Positions 39,666 to 53,525 of a stretch of DNA of 64,000 nucleotides are shown here, one piece after another. Source of the stretch: Lama glama. Taxonomy: Eukaryota. Location of the stretch: assembly GCA_028534125.1 (NCBI GenBank), contig CM052818.1, positions 29,204,001 through 29,268,000 on the forward strand, written 5' to 3'. Position numbers and translations under genes: made by a program. Within the stretch, counting starts at the first letter, position 1. Each line of letters starts with the position of its first letter. The notes beneath the pieces were generated by a model. The model was not told the origin of the DNA and did not search any database. It was given only the letters and a program-made list of their open reading frames with translations.

Positions 39666-42215
39666 TCTATTGTCTCCCCAAACTGAGGCCAAGTGTCAGG
39701 GCCATTTATCACCCAACTCTGTGCCTTTTCTTCTGTAGCACATTTAAGAAGAAAGCGAAATATCACTTGTCCTAGGCAGAGAGAATTTGTCTTATCCCTA
39801 AATCCACTGCACTCATTCTGGTATTTTCTTGGCGTTACAAACGTTTGCCTTTGCAAGCCCCTTCTCAGGCTCCCCAGGATGCCAGCTGACATCAAGATGC
39901 TAAGGAGGGCTCTTTAGAATGTTTCTATTTGTGAATTGGACAAGGAAGAATCACAAGACAGCTACTATGCCTCCTGGAATATTTCCATTCAAATGTAGGC
40001 TCAAATTGCAAGACTAAGTCTTGCTCAAGCAAGAAAGTAAGATGTGGATTTCTATAGCATTTGTCAAGCTTGGTCAATAAATTATTTGTATCCGTTTATA
40101 ATACGAGTAAATTTCTAGATTACCTCCAAGTTTTGCAACTTCCTCAGATACCTGTGTTCTTCTTTTACAGAAACATTGTCCTAATCACAAAATGGATGTT
40201 AACTAATGATTCCCAAAGAGCATGGGACTTGGTGCCAAATGCCCTCTAAACACCTAACTTTGTAGATTCTGGAAAGATTAAAGGCAACTAGACTGTACAC
40301 TGGGATAGCTACACAAAAAGTACCTACCTACTTATGCTTAGAGGCAAATACATTTTCAGATTCCCCCCACTACAGTAAGTATCCAGTTTCACTCTCTCCC
40401 ACTTCCTCTCTCTGCTGCTTTGGATTTGTTGACTTAAACTAGTAATGGCTCATTCCTTCATGTCAGATTCAAGTAATGCACAGGTACTCATCACTGTGGA
40501 CTTCTCAGGATAATCTCCTGTGGATAATTTCCAGCACTTAGATAATGAGTCACTTGGATAATTAGTGACTATATACGTTGAGTTGGTATTCTTCCTTTGT
40601 TGTTGTTTATGACTCTAAAAATAGAAACCAGCAACCAGGGGAGTGTTATTTACTGGTCAGTGCAGCTGCAAGGATTAACCTCCAAACACCTGATTTTGTC
40701 ATCTTGCTCATTCAAGGCTTCTGATAGAGCTTTTTTTGTCTACTCCAAGAAAACCTCTGGTTCTATTAGAGAAATAGATTGCGGTACAGGAGAGACAGAG
40801 ACATATTTTTCCTCTTTTCAAGGGGACCTTTTATTTTTCAGGTTAACTACCTCACTTTATAAAGGAGAGCCTCGGGGCCAAAAAGAAAACATAATTTGCA
40901 CAAGTTTAAACAGTGAGTTAATCAGAGAAAGAAAAATATGCCATCACAGTAGTGCTTCCATAGACTCCGGACTCATGGTGGGGTCCCTGGGAAGTAAAAA
41001 GTGCATGTGTCAGAGGCTGATTTTGAACTAATGCATCTGCTTAAGAAAGTGAGTTTTCTGATATGAAGCAGTTGTTTTGCTATTTAGGTATGGAGAATTG
41101 AATCAGCAGCTATATGTTGTCAGTCATGGGATTTCTGCTCATCAGTCTGGTTTCAAGGGAATTTGACTCTTGAACTTTGCAAAAACTATTTCAACCTAAT
41201 CATCTCCCTTTGTCAAAATAATTTTTGTATTCAGGGGTCTAAAATGACAGTGGAGGGTTTAGTAAGAAGCTGATATTCCTGGTTGATGGGGGCTGGGCAT
41301 CAGAAGCAGTTCTGGGTACCTTTGAGATGAATAAAAATGTGTGGTGAAGGTGAGATTGACCTCAAAAGTCGTCTTGGCACAAACAGCTGGCTCTCTGGCT
41401 CTGACGCTTGGATCCAGAACCCTGTCTCGTCATTTACTCTTATCACATGGAGCCCCACATATTTTCTTGGTTATCTTTGTTCACTCAAACTTTGGCGTCT
41501 CTTTTAAAGTCTTCCAGGAAAGAGCCACACATGCTCCATTCCCTGAATCTAAACTCACTCCTTCAACACCATTATAAGCTTTGAGACTCTGCTCTCCCGA
41601 GTTTGGGACTACATTATCTGCAAATTACAACTCTCATCATCCTTGTCCTCAAATTCCACTCACATCAGACAGCAGCAGCTTTTTCAAGAGGGATAACGAT
41701 TGGGCAAATGGATTTTTAAGGAGCAAATGCTTCCCACATTCCCAGCAGTTTGTTTCTGGCTCAGGTGGCTCCAATCTTAACTCTGGGGGAAGAGACTTCG
41801 CCACTTTACCAGATTACCATATTCAGGAGGATACCTGTCTCTTATTAAATGTTTGAAAGAAATTCAGGGAGGCCCCTGGGCTCAGATGGATAACCTGCCC
41901 GGTGAAATGAAGGAGAACCTGTAGAAAAGATCTACGCTCAGCACAAGAGCCCCTCAGCCTTCCACGCGTCCGTCATACTTCATACTTTGCTCGGTAGTGT
42001 GGGTTCATGACGCCCAGGGCAGAGAGCCAGGCATGGTGCTGCCAGCTGATCCTGTTCCTGTGCTCCCAGTCTCCCATCCATGGTGCAGGTGGTTCTCCCA
42101 CATTCAGAACATTTGCTCACTAGGGACCTCCCCTCCCCCAGTCCCACTCCTTCATGGATCAGTAACCGTAAACATAGCTACTTTGTGGGGCAGAGCAGTT
42201 TCTAGGAGAGAAACT

Positions 42216-42554
42216 TGTATTCGTTTGTTAACACTGCTGTAACATATCACAGACTGAGTGGCTTAAACAACAGAAATTTCTCATAGCTCTAGAAGCTGGG
42301 AAGTCCAGGATCAAGGTGTTGCCAATTCAGTCCCTGCTGAGATTCTTCCTGGCTCGCAGCCTTCTTGCTATTATGTCCTCACATGGTAGAGAGAGAGAGC
42401 TCTGGTGTCCCTTAGAGCACAGCCCTATTGGAATAGGGCCCCATGCTTATGACCTCGTGTAACCTTTAATTATCTCCTTATAGGCCCTATCTTTAAATAC
42501 AGTTACATTGAGATATAACATGAATTTTAGGGGGACACAATTCAGTCCACACCA
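42216..42554 (-). mobile_element. MLT1 (A/B/C-like) MaLR solo LTR
   Basis: agactgagtggcttaaacaacagaaatt...aagtccaggatcaaggtgtt...ggggacacaattcagtcc. Confidence 0.85.
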
Positions 42555-43749
42555 AAGCTCTTAACCAAGAATCAGAGATTTATAAAACTTATGACATCAC
42601 ATGTAGAATTTTGTGTTTATGCCTGTGAGCTTTTTTCTGGGGAAGAGGGTCCATAGCCTTCTTCAGGGTCTCAAAGGGGCCTGTGACCAATAATAGTTTA
42701 AGAGCCACTACTCAAACACACAGAGACTGATTGCCGCAAAGGATTTCAGAAGAAGACACAGGAAAACAAGTATTCCCTAAGGTTCCACCATCTGATGTCA
42801 TTTTGAAACAGATGAACTTACCCAGGGCAAAAGGAATGGAAACACATCACTCCCTGATTCTCACCACCAGCTTTTTGGAGTCACAAAAAATTTGACATAC
42901 TGCCATTTTCACTCCCTCCCAAGAGTCCATGAGCAATCTCAGACTTAACATCCAATTTAAAAACATAAGGTTTCCTTTTGCAGAGGCATCTATGCCCCTG
43001 TCAAGGTCTAGAGATACTACACCTACTCCTCCCCGTGAAGTTGCTTCCTCCACCACTTCGTTCACCTCCGTTACCCTTCAGTACCTTGGTCAGATGCCAT
43101 GAGAAGGGAGGGTGGGCACTGTGCTGTGTGGTCCACCAGCGTCATATGACACTTCCCACAGGGCAGGGCAGCAGAGAGGAGGGCCCTGAGGCTGCATAGA
43201 CAATGATATAATCCTAGCCACTTCAAAAAACACTGTCAAGTGTGATGTCCTTTCAAATAGGGCGTGTTAACCGTTTAGACTGATGACATTTTTTGGCTCA
43301 CAAACCACAGGAGTGCGGACATTAACCCAGTGCAGTGCAGTTCTCAGACTGGAGAAATTTGTCCGTGTGTGCAATCGCTGCACCCTCAAATGGGGCTTTG
43401 CTTGTCTTTTATGCAAAGGAGATTTGTGTCTTTCTTCAAAGGAGATTAAAGGGCAATAGTCTAACTTTGCCCTATAAAGTAATTCTGGAAAAGAGACAAT
43501 AGTATTATTTTATGTTATAATTAAATAAATTGGAATACAAAGAAATTAAATAAATTTTCAATTGGTCAATCTGTCCATCAATCTATAAGCATTTATTAAA
43601 TGGTAACTTGTTTTTCCTCCCCCACCCTCGGTGATGTTTAAATGTTATCTTTTAATCTAATTAAAAGTATGATTCTAACAGCAAAAGGACCTGATTCTTT
43701 TCTTGTCAAGGGGAAAAAACGTCTGTTTTAGGCTCAGTATTCAAATCCT

Positions 43750-44900
43750 AATTCCTTTATTGACTCAATGAATATCGACTAAGCACAAACCTCTATGTTC
43801 CAGACATTATGCCAGGGCCAGGGTATCCAATGGTGAATGACACAGACCAAATCTCTGTGGCGTGTACTGTTTATGGAGGGAAACCGACATCAAACAAGTA
43901 GATAAAGTTGATATATAATTACAAATTGTTATAAGAGCTATGAATGAAAATCCAAATGAGAGGACAAAGAGAATGACAGGAGGGATTATTTTAGCTGAGT
44001 GGTAAGGAAAGATCTCTTTGAAGAGACAATATTTAAGCCAAGAATTGAAACTTGGAGATTAATTTAGTGAAAGATGTGAGGGAAAGAAAGGCTTGAAAAA
44101 CAGGTGAGGTCATAATTACCCTTACTGAGTTGGAGAAGATTGACAGGATGGAGAGAGTGGGTACAATGCAAGACATCTAGAGTTGTGCTTAAGATGCCTT
44201 CAGGCTGAGATGCCTGTGAAACTCCTATGTGCAGGTCTCAAGAAGCTGTTATTTATACAAATATGGAGGTCCAAGAGAAGATCTGGATGGAATTTAAAAT
44301 TGGGAGTTAACCCCATGTGAACAGCATTTAAAGCCATAAGAATGGTTCATATTCCTTAGGAAGAATGCATAAAGAGAAGGGACAAAATAGTCCACCCTTA
44401 AGCCTTGGGCATTCTAGAGGTCAGAGAGAGGAGACAAAGCAGAAAAGTGTCTTAAGGAGGAGTTGTCAGAGGAGCAGAAGCAAAACTTGAAGCATTTTGT
44501 GCCATGAGGCCAAGAGAAGAACGTGCTCCTGAAAGTTAAAACAATCAACTGTGTTGAATGCTACTGAGAGGTCAAATAAGAGAAGGATGGAAAACTATCT
44601 GCTTTATAATTTTTGCTACAAAGAGGTCACTGGTAACCTTGATAAGAGCAGCTTCAGTGGAGCTATGGACAGAAGCCACGTGAGTGTGAGTTGAAGAGTG
44701 AATGGGAGGGCGAGAAACAAAGATAGCATGTGTAGAATATGAGTTTAATGAGTTTGTTTAGGATTAGCATGAAGACAAATTGGCGGAAGTAGTGGGAATC
44801 AAGGGGTATTTTTGTAAGACGAGAGTTGCTGGCACATACCTAGATGCTGATGAGGATGATCTACTAGAGAAGTGATCATTAAAGATTCAGAAGGAGAAGG
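43750..44900 (-). mobile_element. L2 LINE fragments
   Basis: aatgctactgagaggtcaaataag, gaggtcactggtaaccttgataagagcagcttcagtgg. Confidence 0.7.
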
Positions 44901-45527
44901 GGATAACTGAAGATGAGGGCATGGCTACCAGCTGTAACAAGAATGAAGAAAGGAGAATATGGTTGCAAGCACAGATAGAGCATATATAATTGCTGAGGGG
45001 AAGAGGAAGGAGAATAACATCAATCAGAGATATAAAATCACCAGGCTGGCAGCAGGAGCTTATCTAATCCACCTGTTTCTGATACCCTCCAATCTCCTTG
45101 AGTTTTTGAAGAGGAAAGAAAGAAGAGAGAAATGAGCTCCCCAAGTCCAAGAGGGAGATATCCCAGGATGAACTGTCCTATAACTTAGTATCTAATGATC
45201 CTTTTTCCTGCTCCTATAAGCAATGTGGTCCTCATTCCTTTGAATGCTGTTCTGTTAGTTAAATATCTGTATTGTAGTCTGCCAACATTTGATGCCCTTG
45301 GACACCAAAGAGTGCTGTCATCTTGTGCTGTGAACCACTCACCTTGGCTTTTTGTGAACTTTATTCTGGAGGACTAGTCATTTGACATCTCATTTTTGCC
45401 CTCATGCCAATGCAGATTGTCACTACTTACTGTTCAACAGCAATTACGAGAAGGAAAGTCATGTGTAAATCATCTGAAGTGTTTTGAAGGCATATTAGAG
45501 TAAGACTTGTAACTGACTTACATGGAT

Positions 45528-45755
45528 CAGGGTTTCTCAGCCTCGTTACCATTGATACTTCAGCTGGATAATTCTTTGTTGCAGGCGTCCATCCTGTGCA
45601 TCACAGGCTGTTTAGCAGCATCTTCAGCCTCTATCCACCAGGTGCTAGGAGTACTTCACCCCCACCTCCACCCACAGTAGAGACAGCTCAAAACATCTCC
45701 GGACATCACATAATGTTCCCTCGAGGGTAAAATTTTTCCTAGTTGAGAACCACTG
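45528..45755 (+). mobile_element. MER20 hAT MITE
   Basis: cagggtttctcagcc...ggataattctttgttg...gttgagaaccactg; diverged 8-bp TSD acatggat/atatagac. Confidence 0.88.
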
Positions 45756-47009
45756 ATATAGACAGATGTCACAACATAAAAATGAAAACTGAAAAAGTCA
45801 ATCAACTAAATTTTTTCAGAATGTCTGCTTTCTGTGTAGACAAATGCCTGGCTATTTGACTGAATTTTTCAGTTTTCAAATGAATCCTAGATATCTTCAA
45901 CAATAACAGACATTTGAATGAATGCGTCGTCTAGACACCATCTCAGCTTGATTTTCCATTCTTGAGGCAACTGGCAGGATTTAACACGTCAGAATTTGAC
46001 TCAGTTTAGAACACTTCAAAGCTTTTTAAGTCTAAACTTGTTCCTCATCTACAAACTGGCGTATCTTAGCCCCTTTTTCATCTCTACGTTAATCATTTTC
46101 AGTTTTATTTTAATTTTGCTGTTTATCATAAGCTGTTTTAATCCTTTTGAAGAACTTTAGAGGACAAATACTGACACATTGAGGCATTTTTTTCAATATG
46201 TGAATAAAAAATTCTATTTTGTGAGAACAATTCACTTCCTTTCCCATTGCCCAAGTACTGGCTCCCCCTGAGTAATCTCAGGATGAGTCTATATTGAATG
46301 TATTGCCTGTATTACAGTTTTTACTTATAAATTATTCACTATGTTGCGCTGTTACTGTGCAGTTATTCCAGGCAGGGAGTGATGCTCAATGTGAAACTTT
46401 TAGAGGTGATTTGTTCTCCTACAAGCTCTATCACTTACTGGCAAATAGCTTGTGCTTCTGGGTGTCATTTTCTCACATTCAAGTCCAACTAACATTTACT
46501 GAGAGGCATGTGGTTTGCCAAGTCAAAACTTGACAGTGCTTCAAAGGCTCTTTTGTGGGAGGGTGTGTCTGCTCCACATGGTAACAGCTTTTGAGGATCA
46601 AGAGGTTCTCAAACAGCTTCTCGCTTTCATAAATAACCCAGTAACAATCAGCCATGAATTCCGTTAATCCTCCTTGAATCACAGCCTTTCCTTTTGGCAA
46701 AATAAATGTAATCTTGTGTAAAATATAAATTCTGCATAAATAAATATTAATGCTCTGTATGATGAAGTGTTGAGGACTGAAGTATACTGCTGTCTACAAA
46801 CTATTTTGAAAAAAAAAATGGATGGACCAATGGATTGACAAGAGGAATGAATAAATAGAGAGATAAGTGAAAAAAAAGTAGATTGTTGATGGTAAAACTG
46901 AATTGGCAGTAGATGGATATTCACCACACACTTCTTTCAACTTTTTTTTTGTTTGAACATTTTCACCATAAAGTATGAAAAAAATTCTTGCCATTATCTT
47001 ATTTTTATT

Positions 47010-47225
47010 TTTATAGTCAACTAATCTTTTTTATTAAAGTATCCATGTTGCTGCAAATGGCAAAAATTTTGTTCTTTATGACTGAGACATATACGCATAT
47101 ACCACATCTTCTTTATTCATCTGTTGCTGGACACAGGTTACTTTCATATCTTGGCAATTGTAAATAAAGCTGCTATGAACTTTGGGGTGCATGTATCTTC
47201 GAATTAGTGTTTTTGATTTTTTTCA
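47010..47225 (-). mobile_element. L1 fragment (ORF2 end, internally deleted)
   Basis: ccatgttgctgcaaatggcaaaa...gctgctatgaactttggggtgcatgtatc. Confidence 0.75.
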
Positions 47226-47926
47226 GTCTGTAGTGTTCAGTGACGTGGGGCAAAGAATAATTATTCCTTAACTGTACACAATCAATCCTGGTTTGTAAAG
47301 CTTTTTTAATATGATCTTATTATCTTATTTTGATCCCTTCTACAGTCTCATGAGGTAGTAAGGGCAGGTATCATTGTCCCTATTTTATAGATAAGGTTCA
47401 TTGTTTTAAGAGTAACAGTTCTAAGATTAGGAATCCCACTACACCTCAGGCCAATTAAATTAGAATTTCTGGAGATAGAGTCTTCAGTTTTTCAAGCTCC
47501 CCAAGTAATTCCAATACACAGCCAAACAAACCAACCCACTTCTTTAAAAGAGTGCTTCTGAAAATTTAATATGCAGAAGAGTCATCTGGGAGAATCTTGT
47601 TTGTAGGCCTGAGATTCTGCATTTCTGAAGCTCTCTCAGGATATCCAACTAGTCTGAAGACCACAATTTTGAGTATGCCTGGCTGCAGGGACATTTTTGA
47701 GGGGAAAAAAATCCAAATTCTCATGCAGGCTTCAGTGAATTCTTGTGTAAGTCTATGTGGGGGTGGGGGGTAGGAGGGTGCAGAATATGTGGAGAAGCAG
47801 CATCAAGATAATCAGAGTCCTATTAAATATTCTGTTTGTTCACAACAAGAAAGCCTAGCATTTTCTAGTTATGCTCAGTCATCTATAAAAAGAAAAATCC
47901 TCTTCCTAAATACATTGGAGGATAAC

Positions 47927-48520
47927 TGCTATTCCTTCAAAGATGGCTGTCCTATACTCACGAAGATGGGCGAAAGCTGGGCATGAAAGGGCAGGTAATC
48001 ATTAATTATATCCATTTCACCTATAACCTGTCTTTACTAATCAAGGTTGTTTTAATTGTTGCCGCAAAAGACTTTCATGTCCTCTAAGTGGCAAGCAGCC
48101 TAAACAATAAGATGTTTAAGTTGTTTTCCAGAAACTTGAAGTCAGCTGTGCCTAGTTTAACTGAGCTGGTTAAGACAGGAAGGGACCACCAACTTCAACT
48201 GGGCATGCGCAAGTGTCCACCTGGTGACGTTTTGAGCCCACAGAGGCTGTAGCTTAGTTACGCCTGCGCAGAAGGATGATTACGGCACCTTTTCCCATCA
48301 TGCTCCCCACACTCCCTACGATCCCTACGCTTCTTACGCTCGCAACATCCCTGCTGCTTTTTTCCTTTTCTCAGGGCCTCTGCCTTCGGGGAGGCATGTT
48401 TGCGGTTTGTTCTCCAGGCTCCTCACTTGGCTGCCTTGCGAATAAGCCCTCTCTTTGCTGTGAATCTCAGCATCTCAGCATTTTGGTTTGCGCTGAGTCA
48501 GGCAGCCTGGGTTGGTAACA
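47927..48520 (+). mobile_element. ERV1-class 5' LTR (left boundary uncertain, about 47927-47984)
   Basis: CpG-retaining segment, AATAAG poly(A)-like signal at 48441, ends ...ggtaaCA, followed by PBS-like tggcgag at 48525. Confidence 0.75.
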
Positions 48521-48671
48521 GATTTGGCGAGTGCAAGACCAAGAGGGGCGTCCAGACGGAACGTTTGCCCGTGGCTCAGCCGCCCCTTGCAGGTACTGAG
48601 AGCCTGTGGACAAGCCGAGCAGCTGCCCGGTCCGTTTGTTCCAGAACCATCCCTGGATTCCCCCAGCGAGG

Positions 48672-49171
48672 NNNNNNNNNNNNNNNNNNNNNNNNNNNNN
48701 NNNNNNNNNNNNNNNNNNNNNNNNNNNNNNNNNNNNNNNNNNNNNNNNNNNNNNNNNNNNNNNNNNNNNNNNNNNNNNNNNNNNNNNNNNNNNNNNNNNN
48801 NNNNNNNNNNNNNNNNNNNNNNNNNNNNNNNNNNNNNNNNNNNNNNNNNNNNNNNNNNNNNNNNNNNNNNNNNNNNNNNNNNNNNNNNNNNNNNNNNNNN
48901 NNNNNNNNNNNNNNNNNNNNNNNNNNNNNNNNNNNNNNNNNNNNNNNNNNNNNNNNNNNNNNNNNNNNNNNNNNNNNNNNNNNNNNNNNNNNNNNNNNNN
49001 NNNNNNNNNNNNNNNNNNNNNNNNNNNNNNNNNNNNNNNNNNNNNNNNNNNNNNNNNNNNNNNNNNNNNNNNNNNNNNNNNNNNNNNNNNNNNNNNNNNN
49101 NNNNNNNNNNNNNNNNNNNNNNNNNNNNNNNNNNNNNNNNNNNNNNNNNNNNNNNNNNNNNNNNNNNNNNN
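48672..49171. other. Assembly gap (500 N)
   Basis: Run of N. Confidence 1.
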
Positions 49172-49199
49172 GTGACCCGCTGGAAGCAAAGCCCCTTGA

Positions 49200-49915
49200 A
49201 GGTGGGAAATGTTAATTCAGCTCCCTCTTGCAGCCCTCTAGGCTGCCTTCTTCAAAACCGGCACTTTCAGTTATGAACCTGATGGGGGAGGTGGGGGAAG
49301 ATGGTACTTTTTGGTAATACTGCATGGGCACTATAGCCTTTAGACTCCAGAGCAATATGGTCTGAAAATGAACCCTTAAATGACAACAAAATTTTGCAAC
49401 TAGATTTCCTTTATAAGTGGGAAGAAAAAGGAGGTGAAATACCTGTGTACAGCCTCGTATGTAACTGTATCAAAATAAACTTGTGTAAAGAAAATGTAAG
49501 ACTCTGGTCCAACAGGAAGGAAAGCCAAAGAAACCTCTTCTGCTTGACTCTGATGAAAAAGACTTGCTGTTAGCTGAGCTGAACACTCTGAAGGCTCCTC
49601 CTCCCACATTATATGGTGCTGCTGCTCCTTTGCTGCCAGTGCCTGAGCCTCAGGCTCAGCATCCCCCTCTCCACCTTCTCTCTGAGGATGGAGAGAGAGG
49701 AATGGTCTTACCCTCTCATACCTGCCAAGGAGCCACCCAAACTCAGGTAGGGCAATGTCCCTTGTCAAGTCCCCATTGAGGGTGTAAATGCTGAGATTGG
49801 GCAGCTGGTCGGACTGATCTGGGTGCACTCCCCTTTTTCAACTTAAAGATTTTTTTACTTGAAAGAACAATATGCCAACTTGGAGATGACCCAGAGAGAA
49901 TGGAAAATCTTTTTT
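49200..49915 (+). pseudogene. Decayed gammaretrovirus-like (ERV1) gag: matrix, proline-rich linker, start of capsid
   Basis: Frameshifted pieces GNVNSAPSCSPLGCLLQN, FGNTAWAL*PLDSRAIWSENEPLNDNKILQLDF, QVPIEGVNAEIGQLVGLIWVHSPFST, DDPERMENLF. Confidence 0.8.
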
Positions 49916-49924
49916 CCTTTGTTC

Positions 49925-52572
49925 ACTTTAAAAATTGTTTTATTTTCATACAGGTTTTAAAGTTTACTTGGCATTTACAGTTATTACAAAATATTGGCTG
50001 CTGCATTCCCTATGTTGTACAATATATCTTTGGGCCTATCTTACACCCAGTAGTTTGCACCTCCTACTCCTCATCCCTATATTGCTCCCACCTCCGCTGC
50101 TAACCACTAGTTTGTTCTCTATATCTGTGAGTCTGCTTCTTTTATGTTATATTCACCAGTTGGTTCTATTTTTTAGATTCCACATGTAAGTGGTATTGTA
50201 CAGTATTTATTGTTCTCTGTCTGACATTTCACTTACCGTAATGCCCTCAAAGCCCATCCATGTTGCTACAAATGGCAACGTTTCGTTCTGTTTTATGGCT
50301 GAGTAGTAGTCTATTGTACATATATACCACATCTTCTTTATCCCTTGATCTGTTGGTGGACACTTGTTTTTTTCCATGGCTTGGCAATTATGCTGCTGTG
50401 TAAATAATGCTGCTATGAACATTGGGGTGCATATATCTTTTTGAATTAGTGGTTTTGGTTTTTTTGGATATATACCCAGGAGTGGAATTGCTGGGTCGTA
50501 TGGTAGTTCTATATTTAGTTTTTTTTGAGAAACCTCTATATTCATACTGTTTTCCACAGTTGCTGCACCAATTTACATTCCCACCCAGTGTACAAGGGTT
50601 CCCTTTTCTCTGCATCCTTGCCAACATTTGTTATTTGAAGATTTTTTTTGGTGATAGTTATTTCGACAGGTGTGAGGTGATAGCTTATTGTGGTTTTGAT
50701 TTGCGTTTCCCTGATGATTAGGGATGTTAAGCATCTTTTCATGTTCCTCTTGGCCATCTGCATTTCCTCTTTGGAAAAATATCTGTTCACATCTTCTGTC
50801 CATTTTTCAATTGGGCTGCTTGTGTTTTTGATGTTGAGTTTTATGAGCTGCTTATAGCTGTTGGATATTAACCCCTTATTGGTCATATCATTTGCAAATG
50901 TTTTCTCCCATCCAGTAAGTTGTCTTTTTTTTTTTTTTTTTTGCCTGTGGTCTCCTTTGCTGCGCTTAAGATTTTAAGTTCAATTAGATCCAATTTATTT
51001 TTGCTTTTATTTCTTTTGCCTTAGGAGACAGATCCAAAAAAAAAAAGTGCTTTGATTTCTGTCAAAGAGTGTTCTGCCTGTATTTTCCTCTAGTTTTATG
51101 GTTTCTAGTCTTATATTTAGGTCTTTAATCCATTTTGAGTTTGTTTTGTACATGGTATTAGAGAATGGTCTAATTTCATTATCTTACATCTAGCTGTACA
51201 GCTTTCTCAGCACCACTTATTGAAGAGACCATCTTTTCTCCATTGTATATGCCTGCCTCCTTTGTCATAGATTAATTTACCATAAGTGTGTGGGTTTATT
51301 TCTGGCTCTCTATTCTGTTCCATTGATCCATATGTCTGTTTTTGTGCTAATACCACACTGTTTTGATTATTGTAGGTTGGTAGTATTGTCTGAAGTCTGG
51401 GAATGTGATTTCTCCAGCTCTGTTCTCAAGATTGTTTTGGCTATTCAGGCTCTTTTGTGTTTCCATACAAATTTTAAAATCATTTGTTCTAGTTCTGTGA
51501 AAAATGCCATTGGTAATTTGATAGGGATTGCATTGACTCTGTAGATTGCCTTGGGCAGTATAGTCATTTTAACAATATTAATTCTTCCAATCTAAGAATG
51601 TGGTATATTCTTCCATCTTTTTGTGTTATCTTCAGTTTCTTTCATCAGTCTCTTATAGTTTCCTGAGTACAGATCTTGTACCACCTTAAGTAGGTATATT
51701 CCTAGGTATTTTATTCTTTTTGATGCAGTGGTGAATGAGATTGTTTCCTTAATTTCTCTTTAGTTTATTGCTAGTGTATAGAAGTGGAATAGATATTATA
51801 TATTAATTTTGTACCCTGTAATTTTACCGAATTCATTGAGCTCTAGTAGTTTTTTGATAGTGTCTTTAGGATTTTCTATGTATCATGTCATCTTCATACA
51901 GTGACAGTTTCACTTCTTTTCAGTTTGGATTCCTTCTCTTTTCTTTTCTGGTTGCTGTGGCTAGGACTTCTAATAGTAAGTTGAATAAAAATGGTGAGAG
52001 TGGGCATCCTTGGCTTCTTCCTGATCTTAGAGGAAATGCTTTTAGCTTTTCACCACTGTGTGATTTAGCCATGGGTTTGGAATATGGCCTTTATAATGTT
52101 AAGATATCTTCCCTTTATGCCCACTTTCTGGAGAATTTTTTCTTTTTTTATTATAAATGGATGTTGAATTTTGTCAAAATATTTTTCCCCATCTATGGAG
52201 ATGATCGTATGATTTTTTATTCTTCAGTTTGTTAATGTGGTGTATCACATGGATTTTCAGATATTGAAAAATTCTTGCATCCCTGCGATAAATCCTACTT
52301 GATTATCCTTTTGGCTTGCTAATAATTTGTGGAGGATTTTTGCACTTTGCTTGTCAGTGATATTGGCCTGTAATTTTCCTTTTGTGATTTTTTTTTGTGA
52401 TACTGGTTTTAGTATCAGGGTGATGGGCTGACCTCATAGAATGAGTTCAGAAATGTTCTTTCCTCTACAATTTTTTGGAATAGTTTGAGAAAGATAGGTT
52501 AATTCTTTTCTAAATGTTTGGTAGAATTCACCTGTGAAGCCATCTGATCCTAGTCTTTTGTTTCTTGGGTCC
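49925..52572 (-). mobile_element. LINE-1, about 2.6 kb 5'-truncated (ORF2 RT/C-terminal part plus 3'UTR), disrupted
   Basis: ORF2 peptides LPYDPAIPLLGIYPK and [17 protein letters not shown] in ORFs 50207..50557 and 50542..50886. Confidence 0.95.
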
Positions 52573-53269
52573 TTCCGTTATTTTAAATTCACGTCTTCAA
52601 ACCTTAAGTATTTGAGGATTTGGTGAATAAGTCATGTTTATTAGCCTTTATGATTTTATAACTATTAATCATATGTAGGCTGAAGAGGTTATCAGTTATC
52701 AGTCTGTCCAAGTGGCTCCTGTCTCCCCTGAAGTATTTCAGATGCTATTCTCTGGACGTTGTCCAATTTTTGTTAATGAGTTCCTTATGGTAGAGCAATC
52801 AAAATTACTCCAAATGTTGCAAGTCTCAAAGTTTTGATTGAGGGTGATAGGAAAATATTTTTGACTTTGTTTATAATAGTGTCTCATTAGTGAAGAACCA
52901 GGCTAAATTGGTTTTTACAAAATCCCTATGCTGCATCAGTTAGTGGCACATTAACATGTGATTATGCAAGTTAAAAATCTCCAAATTTTTCTCAACTCCC
53001 TCCTTTCCTTCATCCCCATTTTGAGTCGATCTCAAGAACTATCAGCATTACTTTTAAACCTTCTTAAAGTTCTCCTGTCCTCTCCATCATCATTGGCTTG
53101 GTTCATACTCATCTCTGGAATCTTCTAAGTGGACTTTGGTATTTTTTCTCTCCAATCTGTCCTCCTCATTGCCTCCAGAGTTTTTTTTCCAAAATGCAAG
53201 TATATTCATATCACTCCTTTACTTGACAAAGCTTTAATAATTATTAATAATTATTAATTATTTTAGATG

Positions 53270-53525
53270 TATTAATGATATTGTAGTTTTTCACAAGAAC
53301 TTATTTTTTAGAAATACATACTAAGCTAATTACAGGTGGAATGATGAAATGTCTGGGATTTGCTTCAAAACTAATATGGGAAGGAGAGAACAGGGTGGGG
53401 ATATAAATAAGAGTGACCATTCAAAAATTGTTAAGTTCAGGTAATGAATACATGTGGGGTTCATTATATTTTGCCTACTTTTGTGTACATTGGAGATTTT
53501 CTATAACAAAAATATATATTTCTTA
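53270..53525 (+). mobile_element. Old L1 (L1ME-like) 3' end
   Basis: gtctgggatttgcttcaaaa...tacatgtggggttcattatatt...tttctataacaaaa. Confidence 0.7.

Noticed and set aside
48400..49276. Long ORFs of 189-271 aa
   Set aside because: Artefacts of reading through the 500-N gap
50207..52235. ORF2-like peptides as a functional reverse transcriptase
   Set aside because: Frameshifted and 5'-truncated L1
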